DNA of 56,818 bases, the filler included, from Diploschistes diacapsis (lineage: Eukaryota), in NCBI GenBank assembly GCA_023645945.1. It is 6 parts of 6 records of this genome, joined end to end, with 100 filler letters (N's around TTAATTAATTAA, not from the genome) between each part and the next. Parts side by side here need not be neighbours in the genome. Positions count along the whole stretch, not along the records: positions 47,442 to 56,818 come from JALAIB010001047.1; 5 more parts are not named here. One strand, written 5' to 3'. Of this stretch, positions 48,191-56,818 are shown one piece after another; position 1 is the first letter of the stretch; each line of letters opens with the position of its first letter. Below the pieces are notes generated by a model that saw only the letters and a list, made by a program, of their open reading frames with translations, searched no databases and was not told the DNA's origin. The position numbers and the translations under genes are program-made.

Positions 48191-50258
48191 CTACTCTTCC
48201 TCCTCCCCACCAGTTCCAGTCTCCTCGCTCTCCACTTCATCCTCGTCCTCATCTTTCTCACTACTCTCGCTCCTTTCTTCCTCCTCGGACATTCCCGGAG
48301 TCCTGGTCCACTCCCGATAATCCCCTTCGAGCCACCTTTTGCTTCTCGGCAACTTGTACGGATCAAACGGGAAATATCCATCCAACCGCTGCCATTCCTC
48401 GCCTTTCCGGCTGCTGAGCGCCGTCTCTCGATGGTCGGTCATTACTGCAGATACAAGACGCACGCGCTTGTTTGTCTCGAGGAGATGGTACACATAGACT
48501 ATCCCAAGGCGGTAGCTAATACCTGCAAATTCCTGTGCGATGACAGGCGCGCATAGGCGTAGAGGGTTAAGAGGGCAGAATATGTTTTGGCTTAGGGCGT
48601 CTCGAATATCCGGAAGGAATGTGGGGTGTTGGTCCCTGTCATCGTCATCGAGATTGGGATAGAGCACAGACGGCGGGGAAGGGGTGATGGGATCATCCAT
48701 AGAGACGGTGAGGTCGCGCCAGCGAAAGCAGAATATATACAAAAGAGCTTGGAAGAGCGCGTAGTATATGCTATAGCGGCGGGGATCGGGACCGCGGCAA
48801 GTAGGTACGAATTGGCTTCGCAATACTGTGAGATGAGAGCTAATGTAGTCGAAGACATCGCGGACAATAGAAGTTGAGACATGAGAGCCACGGGCAACGA
48901 ATGAAGCGAGATAGGAGGCGGCAGCTTGGCGAATCATTGGGGCGCAAGACTTGTCGAAGGTAGTGCGGAGGAGGACACCTATAAAGATATCGACTAGCTC
49001 GGGGGAAGTCTGGGCGAAGTGGAAGAGAAGAAATTGGGTGTGGCGTGATCGGTAGGTCGGAAGGATGATGTTGTTGAAGTGCGAAAGTAGGATATCAAGT
49101 GCAGCACCCGCCTGCGTTGGGTCCGAGAATAGGTTGGTGTAGTGGTCAAACATTGTGTCCAGAACCAGATCTAGCTTTTCGATGTTTGCTGCGATCTTCT
49201 TCCCTTGCTCAGCTTCTGAGTCTATTGCTCCGTCTTCCAAGTCCGATTCTTCGTCACTCTCTTCTTCCTCATCTGACGCGTCCATCAGTTCCTCCTGAGA
49301 CTGCGAGACTGCCCGTACAATATCCTCGCCAATGTCATCTTCCAGATCGGCAATATCAACTTGCACTTGGACGTCAATCTTTACGATCCGTCCCGTTATC
49401 TGCGCAAAAACCTCTGCCTGTAACTCTGGAGCGTATTCCAAGACAGCCAACATATTGTGTACATATCGAATGTGTGCCTTTTTGGAGTCCGAAGGTTGCG
49501 GAAACAGGCGGTCGAGCACGCCTGCTAATACCTGACTTCCGGTTGGTATAAGCCTCAAGAGGGCTCGTAGGGCCTTATGAACGCGGTGTCTAAGCAGCGC
49601 AGGAGTAACAGTTGGTAGTTCACTAGGATTGGCGTTTGATTGGGGTACTAGAACGGTCAATGGAAGCTCTGAATTTGAAACATCGCAAATCCGTACCGGA
49701 TAGAAATAATCCCACAAGCGTCTCTAAAGTGTCTGCGAGCCAGGCGCCTTGTGCAGAGACGAGGCTTCCAAGAAACTTGGTGAACAACGAAACATATTGC
49801 TCATCTCGCCGTATCCAGTCACTCCGAAGTGCCCTGAGAACTAAGGCCGCGCAGGAGCGGTTCAAGAGCGCAACGTTGGGCAAGAGGGCAGCGGTATAGT
49901 ATCTGAGTTCGTTCGAGCCTGGCAACTCATCTTGTGGACCGTCCGTGCTATAGACTTGACTCAACCTCTTGTACCCTTCAGAATCGCCGCGAGCATGCCG
50001 CTGCAGGGCGCGGGTGACTTCTTCACGAATAAGCTCCGGTCTCTTGTCCCATCCATCTAGTAAATTGACTTCAACATCTTCGTTGAAGACGACCTTGGCC
50101 TTTTTCGTGGGACTAGAAGGCGGATCCGGACTGTCTAGGTTCGCCTCGTCGCGCTTGCGCACCAATGTTGGGCGGCGGGTAAGGGACTTCAAGGCATTGG
50201 GTGTGGTGTTAGTACTTGTGCCACCCGCATGAGAGCGAAGTATTGTTGCTGGGGCCAT
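48191..50258 (-). CDS. RRN3: RNA polymerase I transcription initiation factor Rrn3; intron 49696-49648
   Basis: VKIDVQVQ, KLDLVL, ILPTYRSRHTQFLLFH, AASYLASFVARG, FQALLYIFCFRWRDL, LNPLRLC, LDGYFPFDPY. Confidence 0.94.
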
Positions 50259-50738
50259 GAGCTGCAGCTATTCATATCAAAGACCTTGAAAGCAATTCCC
50301 TTCTCAAAATAGCTAAACTCGCTATAAGCGCGCGGAAATTTTCGTGAAGTAGTAGGAATTATGATCGTGTGTGCGTCAAAAAGTTCCCCCAGAAAATGTA
50401 TAGTCGGCATTATCAAAGATTCTCTCCGTCCTGTCAGTTTTAGTGCCTGAGCATGTGCAGGGCCAGGGTATTAAAGTACAGGGGTATTAAGCGAAGCCTC
50501 AAAGCAGTCACGCTGAAGTCAATTGTTCACAGAACATGTTGCTTCAAGATGCACATTAGAATTTCATAAACTACGTTAGATTAGTGTGTCGTGGGAACTT
50601 TAGAGAAGTAGGTTATTCAATTGAAGCACACCTGTGGTCAATATACAGCAAGATTACCCTGATACCGAAATGCTGTTGTTGGCAATATTATGAACATTCG
50701 CTAATGACCCGTATTCACCTTCGCTAGAATTCAAATGG

Positions 50739-53378
50739 CTAAAAGCCTCGCCTTGCCTTTATAACAACAGGTCTTCTTACAGCGCCATGTGTTGCAATCT
50801 TTTTTACCGTCCCAATCAATGGTTTTCTGAATGCCGACTGCTGTGTTTCAGCAAGGCTAGCAAGCCTCTGGTCCTCCCGCTCCTTGTCTTCAACCATCTT
50901 CGTCTCAATCTCCAGTTTTCGATTGATTTCCTGCTCTGTTACGCGCTTGTTACGCGCTGACATTCCCTTTTCCTTTACGGAGTAGAAAACGCCGCCGAGC
51001 TCAGCTAGCCATTTTGGATCGACTGACGTTACCGTCGACATGTACTCCTTGGAAGTCAGGATGAGCTCGTGATAGACAACGTATTCTGGTAGATAGCCTA
51101 ACCCGTAAAGTGCGCTGGTTGGATGTAGCTGAACCGTGACACTGGTTCTCAAATTGATATACTCCCCGATTCCCTTGACTTTCGCTGCTTGGTGATAGTA
51201 ACCGGAGCATATACATTTTCGAATTACGTCCCAATCGGTACCACAGCTTACAAAACTCATCTTCTGCATCTTCATGATATCGTTAAGCTGCTCACGGATT
51301 TCTCTCGCTCGCCTAAGGGATTTGGAATGCAGGAAATGCTTGACACACCAGCCATCCGAGTAATTATTGGACTTCCATTGAGTATAGACGTGAAGCAAAG
51401 TCAAGTGATCGGACTCAGGAACGAAGAATTTCTCCCTAGCCGCATCGGACTCCTCCTGCCTTTCTTTTGGTCGAAAAAAAACATTAGGTACTGACAACAT
51501 CGAGACAATTGTCAGCATTTCTTCACTGCAGCCGTACTCCACGGAAACGATTAGCACCTTGGCCAGTGATGGATCCATTGGAAACGCTGTCATCTGCTTC
51601 CCCAGACTAGTCAGTTCGCCGATATTATCTAAAGCACCTAGCGCCCAGAGCTCGAACATCGAAGTAGTAATGGTGTCTTGCGGGGGCGGATCCATGAAGT
51701 CGAAGTCAAGTAGATCCTTGACGCCGAGCGATTTGAGAAGGAGGACAGTGTTCGACAGATTCGTGCGTTGAATTTCGGGGATCGTTTGGATATAGAACTC
51801 GTTGTCAAAAGCTTGCTTAGTATAGAGATGGAACGATTTGCCTGGCCCTGTTCGGCCAGCACGACCCGCTCGCTGTGAGGCATTGGCCCTCGAAATCGGT
51901 GTAACCTGCAACGTATCCATACCCATGCGTGGATTGTAGACTTTTAATTTGGAGTAACCGCCGTCGACCACGTACATGATACCATCGACAGTCAGACTTG
52001 TTTCAGCAATATTCGTAGCAACTATAACTTTCCGTACGCCTGGGGGAGCGCGATCAAAAATCTTAGCTTGAGCCTCCGCGGGCATAGAACTGTAGATAGG
52101 TAGTATACTTAACTTTGGAGGCTCGTGGAGAAGTCGTAATCGTTCTTCGATAAGTTCACAGGTTATCTCGATATCTTCTTGGCCAGTCATGAAAACCAGT
52201 ATATCTCCTGTTGGTTGCGAGACATGGATTTTGATGACCTGCTGAACAGCAGCATCCACGTAGTCTTCACACGGCGTTCTATGATATTGAATATCCACAG
52301 GGAAAGTTCGACCAGGTATGGTAAACTCTGGTGCACCACCGAAAAACTTCGCGAACCTCTTTGCATTCATCGTGGCAGAAGTAACAATGAGCTTAAGGTC
52401 TCTTCTTCTGCTTAATACCTTTTTGATAAGACCCATAAGAACGTCTGTATTCAAGGCCCTCTCGTGCGCTTCGTCCATGATAATGCACGAATATTTATCG
52501 AGGTCAGGGTCTGCAAGCGATTCTCGCAGTAGAACGCCGTCCGTCATGTACTTGATTCGCGTTTCTCTGCTAGTGCAGTCCTCGAATCGAATCGCGTAGC
52601 CCACTAAGCCGCCCAGCTTAACTTCCATCTCTTCGCTCACGCGCTTTGCAACACTCATTGCAGCAACCCTTCGCGGTTGGGTGCAACCGATCAAGCCCTG
52701 GTTCCCGTACCCGTCTTCGTAGAGAAACTGTGTAAGCTGGGTGGTCTTCCCCGAGCCAGTCTCCCCAATAACGATGATGATCTGGTTGTCACGTATTACT
52801 CTCAGCAAGTCCTCGCGAACTGCAAATGCCGGCAAATATTCTCTCTGCTCTCGCAGGGTCTTGCTTTTGCTAAAGTCACTTTGACCCTGGTCCTTCTTCA
52901 TATGCTCAGCGAATTTGTAGGTCCCCTTGTACTCTTCCTCTGCCGCTACAGGAGCAGCTGTGTCAGCATCATCGTCCTTTACGCCCATAATATTTCCCAG
53001 CGCGGTACCAGAGATGTTAGTCGCCTCCTGGGCCTGCTTCTGGCGCTCTCTCCGCTGGCGTCTCTCTTTGACAACCTTGCTACCTTTCCGGCTAAACACA
53101 GCCATATCACTTTGCGGATCGAGGACAGCGGAGATGGGATCAAGCTGCTTCGTGAAAACCCTCCTGCCATCCAAAAACGGAGGCTTGATATCGTGAACCA
53201 GCAAGTGAACTCTGGTGGCTTCTTCATCATCGTCGAGTTCGCGTTCTCGGGCTTTTCGTTGAGCAACGCCGGATGTAAGCATCCGATTCTCTTCCCACGC
53301 ATCGGCATCCTTTTGGCGCGCCATTGCATGCGCTTCGTGAGCGACCTTTCGCCGTTTCGGATTCGCCTCGCGGTCCAT
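50739..53378 (-). CDS. PRP16: Pre-mRNA splicing DEAH-box helicase Prp16
   Basis: [62 protein letters not shown]; intronless ORF. Confidence 0.96.
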   Translation of the reverse strand: MDREANPKRRKVAHEAHAMARQKDADAWEENRMLTSGVAQRKARERELDDDEEATRVHLLVHDIKPPFLDGRRVFTKQLDPISAVLDPQSDMAVFSRKGSKVVKERRQRRERQKQAQEATNISGTALGNIMGVKDDDADTAAPVAAEEEYKGTYKFAEHMKKDQGQSDFSKSKTLREQREYLPAFAVREDLLRVIRDNQIIIVIGETGSGKTTQLTQFLYEDGYGNQGLIGCTQPRRVAAMSVAKRVSEEMEVKLGGLVGYAIRFEDCTSRETRIKYMTDGVLLRESLADPDLDKYSCIIMDEAHERALNTDVLMGLIKKVLSRRRDLKLIVTSATMNAKRFAKFFGGAPEFTIPGRTFPVDIQYHRTPCEDYVDAAVQQVIKIHVSQPTGDILVFMTGQEDIEITCELIEERLRLLHEPPKLSILPIYSSMPAEAQAKIFDRAPPGVRKVIVATNIAETSLTVDGIMYVVDGGYSKLKVYNPRMGMDTLQVTPISRANASQRAGRAGRTGPGKSFHLYTKQAFDNEFYIQTIPEIQRTNLSNTVLLLKSLGVKDLLDFDFMDPPPQDTITTSMFELWALGALDNIGELTSLGKQMTAFPMDPSLAKVLIVSVEYGCSEEMLTIVSMLSVPNVFFRPKERQEESDAAREKFFVPESDHLTLLHVYTQWKSNNYSDGWCVKHFLHSKSLRRAREIREQLNDIMKMQKMSFVSCGTDWDVIRKCICSGYYHQAAKVKGIGEYINLRTSVTVQLHPTSALYGLGYLPEYVVYHELILTSKEYMSTVTSVDPKWLAELGGVFYSVKEKGMSARNKRVTEQEINRKLEIETKMVEDKEREDQRLASLAETQQSAFRKPLIGTVKKIATHGAVRRPVVIKARRGF

Positions 53379-53698
53379 GGCTTCTGTTGTGAGCCCAATT
53401 TAAGCGGTTCTCACACTCAGGAGGCGGCTGCGCTCTGGGTCTATACTGTAGTAGAGAAGCAATAATCAAAACTGTATTCCCATGCGGGACGGATTATCTT
53501 AATAGACAAAGCATATCCCCAGTGTCAGGTAACGTGGTCCTATAGGGCTGATCTTCACATGCCTCCGCGATTGAATGCACGTCACAAAATTATTTTAAGC
53601 GGGCAAATTCCACACGGGCAACCCAACAAACTAATTTAACAATTCAGCTTTCATGGGCGCTCCTGATTACCCTTTGCCTTAGATGTTAATACCTCGTC

Positions 53699-55365
53699 AT
53701 GTCTATGATTACAGCAACGACATGGGTACCCCGAGGCTATGCGGCAGAGTTTCCTACCAAGTACGCTGTCGATGACCAGGAACTTGCCCGAATCTCCAAG
53801 CTCGCGAAATTAAAGCTCGAAGATGCAAAGGAAGATCTTCAAGAGGCGGAGAAAGGGGAAGATTCGGAATTGGATGGGGATTCTGTAATGGATGAGGATG
53901 AAGGGGTCAGAGTTCCTCAGACGAAAGAGTGAGCTTCGACACGTTGGTAGTGGAAGGGTATGCGCTGATGCAGAGCAGAGATGCAGATGATGATTTACGA
54001 GAATACGACTTGGAAAATTACGACAGTGACGATGCTAAAGATACGAAAACACTCTCTACGATAGGAAATGCAAAGTCGTTGGCATACCATGATAGTAATG
54101 CTGAAGACCCATATCTAAACGGCCAAGATGATGAAGACGAAGAGGAACGGGAAGAGCTTCAGATTTTGGGAGTCGACAATATGGTGTTAGCGGCCAGAGT
54201 CGAAGACGAAGTGGCCCACTTGGAAGTCTATGTATACGAAGACGAAATGGATAATCTCTACGTTCATCATGATATTATGCTACCTGCTATACCGTTATGT
54301 GTGGAATGGCTTGATATCCCAGTTGGGAAGACCCAAGTTGGCACGCCTGTCGATCAAAGCAAAAAGGGTAACTATGTCGCTGTAGGCACTTTCGAACCTG
54401 ATATCGAGCTTTGGGATCTGGATACTGTGGATTGCATGTACCCGAACGCGATTCTCGGTCAAGGGGGTCAAGAAGGAACTGATGTTTCCGCCAAGAAAGC
54501 AAAAAAGAAGAAGAAGAAAGCCAAGAAAGCAAACGATGAATACCACGTTGATGCTGTGTTATCTTTGGCTGCAAATAAGAACCACAGAATCCTGCTGGCG
54601 TCGTCCTCCGCCGACAAGACAATCAAGCTTTGGGACCTGAACACCGCCAAATGCGCCAAGTCCTACTCACATCATACTGATAAAGTGTGCTCGATTGAAT
54701 GGAATCCCAAAGAGACGACTGTACTGCTTAGCGGAAGCTATGACAGGACAGCCGTTGTTGCAGATATGCGAGCGCCGGACGCCACAGTCCCGCGATGGGG
54801 CGTTGAGAGTGATGTTGAGTGCGTTCGATGGAACCCACACGATCCAAACTACTTCTTCATCACAACAGAAAGTGGCATGCTCCATTATCATGACGTGCGG
54901 CAGGCTCCTAGTTCTCCAGCAGCATCGAAGCCATTATGGAAGCTACAAGCTCACGATGCCGCCGTTTCTGCCTTTGACGTCAACACTACAGTGCCAGGTT
55001 ACTTTGCAACGGGTTCTAGCGACAAAGAGGTCAAGTTGTGGAATGTACAAGAATCTGGACCCAGCATGGTAGTATCGCGCAAGCTAGGCGTTGGAAAAGT
55101 CTTTTCCACTCAATTTGGCCCTGATGCGGAGATTGCCTTCAGATTAGCAGTCGCTGGCAGCAAGGGAGCAGTTCAAATCTGGGATACGTCGACGAACGGT
55201 GCCATCAGAAAAACATTCGCATCACGCATGAAGTCTAGTAATGCTCCAGTCATAGAGAAATTAGTTGGCTTGAAGGATGATGAAGATGACTCTGATGAAA
55301 GCGAGTCTGAAAATGACGAAGGTGGTGAAGACAAAGACGGCTGGGAGTCCATGGAAGAAGATTGA
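53699..55365 (+). CDS. PWP1: Periodic tryptophan protein Pwp1 (WD40, rRNA processing); intron from 53929 to ~53978
   Basis: MITATTWVPRG, YDLENYD, HLEVYVYE..DNLYVHHDIMLP..PLCVEW, WD40 repeats. Divergent from PRP16. Confidence 0.94.
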
Positions 55366-56279
55366 GATGCTTAATATATCTTGGATGACTCGAATTTATC
55401 TAATCACTTGCCTTGGTCTCTCGGACAACCAGCTGTTCTATAGAATGCCAGGTCAGCACATACTCTCTCCAATACAGCCTCCAAATCTCTACCAAGCCAT
55501 TCGCTTTTATGAGTTTACCGGCAAACGTGTTGGGATTGAATTCAAGGACAGGTCCGATTTGCACGGACGGCTGTTTTAAAGTTAAGGTGTTCTTGTTTGG
55601 CAGCGTCATTCACAAATACTTGATTGAGGTTGACTACAACAGCAAATTTATCCATCCTGGCCACTTTTGGCGACCTAGTTTAGCCGGGTACAAAAGGTTT
55701 TAGCAACAACCGGACCAGGAGGCTCTCGCCAGCCGTTCTGGATTTGAGGGAGGGATTGCCAAGGACAACTTTACGTTGGACGGATTGAGGTACAATCAAG
55801 CTTAAATATTGGAGACAGAGGGGCACAACAGTCGCTCGCAACTAAACCAAGGGCAGAAGTCGTACAAATGGCAACTTGGCCAGTTGCACAAGGGTTCTCA
55901 CTGTAGATGAACCAAAAAAAAAGATGAATACTTGTGAGCAGAGCACCAACATTTCCCTCTACCGTAAATGTAGGTCCAAATAAATAGTGACAACATGGAG
56001 CTGTAAGCCTGTAGACTGCACAGTAAAAGCGCTTCTAAAGATCGTGCTTACAGGCGTGCTTACGGCGCTTTTCCTCTTATGCACTAAAAAAGCCGGATCT
56101 TTGCATTTCCCGAACGGGTTGGAACTAGGGTCTACAGCAGTTTGCCAACTTGGGGGGGGTGGGAAACTGAAACATTCCGCTTACTGCCGCAGTGTAACCT
56201 GTCGAGGCTTGCTGTTTGACATAGAGCTAATATCATGTGTCTGGCGACACATGATGTCGCCTTCCAAGTTCCTAAGCGA

Positions 56280-56818
56280 AGCAGTAAGTAATAAGTAAAA
56301 AATCTAACCTTAAAAAACTAGGTAGGTTATTGGGGGTTGCACCCCTAAACCCCTGCCTTTTTTTATTATTGGGGATTGCATCCTTAAACCCCTGCTTGTG
56401 TTCAGTTGAACGTTTAGGAGTCTGAATAGTTTTAATAATTATTTATTTTAAGATTAAATTAAAAGTAAACATATTTGTAACTTAATCTTCCACGCGTAGA
56501 GTAGATATTTTTAAAATCCGTAAAGATGATTTTTTAGTTTCGTCGACATCCTACTGTTAGTTATTGTCAGATTATTAACCTAAATGGGTTAGTCTATCTG
56601 ACTAGTTAACACTAATAGGACCCTGAAGGTTCTTTAACCCTTCAGGACACGCCATTAACAACTGTTGAACATCCTACTAACTATAGTCAAACATCCTACT
56701 AGTAGTTATAGATTACTAGGTGGGATTGCAGATGGTCTAGATCATTAGATCATTAATCCAAGTATTGGATTAATAATCTAGTAATACTAGAACCATGGAT
56801 ACGAAGATAGGGGGAAAT
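56280..56818. mobile_element. AT-rich, RIP-like degraded repeat region with short direct and inverted repeats
   Basis: TpA-rich and CpA-poor. Contains a duplicated 30-bp unit (56327-56357, 56367-56396), ACATCCTACT three times, and the CCTGAAGG/CCTTCAGG inverted pair. Confidence 0.55.

Noticed and set aside
46983..55365. SPOUT-RRN3-PRP16-PWP1 as an RNA-processing gene cluster
   Set aside because: Essential housekeeping genes often neighbour each other in compact fungal genomes; apart from one AAATTTT motif near 50337 there is no evidence of a dedicated cluster.

Overview
A gene-dense eukaryotic window from a filamentous ascomycete (Pezizomycotina-type genes, short ~45-55 nt GT-AG introns with CTRAY branch sites, RIP-like AT-rich relics). 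It consists of six contigs joined by artificial 100-nt linkers (N44-TTAATTAATTAA-N44). It encodes mostly housekeeping genes: a CLIP-170/CAP-Gly protein, a CCCH zinc-finger orphan, a cAMP-receptor-like GPCR, a GFO/IDH/MocA oxidoreductase, a MysC-like ATP-grasp protein, copper amine oxidase, a MARVEL-like protein, the signalling mucin Msb2, thymidylate synthase, Sen54, a class-1A DHOD-like flavoenzyme (frameshifted), the divergent ATP-citrate lyase pair, an MmgE/PrpD protein, Met1, Lip5, a SPOUT methyltransferase, Rrn3, Prp16 and Pwp1. It also holds a MITE and a pogo-type deletion derivative. The stand-out observation is a tRNA-Leu(UAG) gene at 30027-30175. Besides a normal anticodon-loop tRNA intron, its T-stem is interrupted by a 50-nt insertion that looks like a spliceosomal (GT..branch..AG) intron, and precise removal of it restores a perfect cloverleaf. 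All family assignments come from motif recognition by eye; no searches were run.
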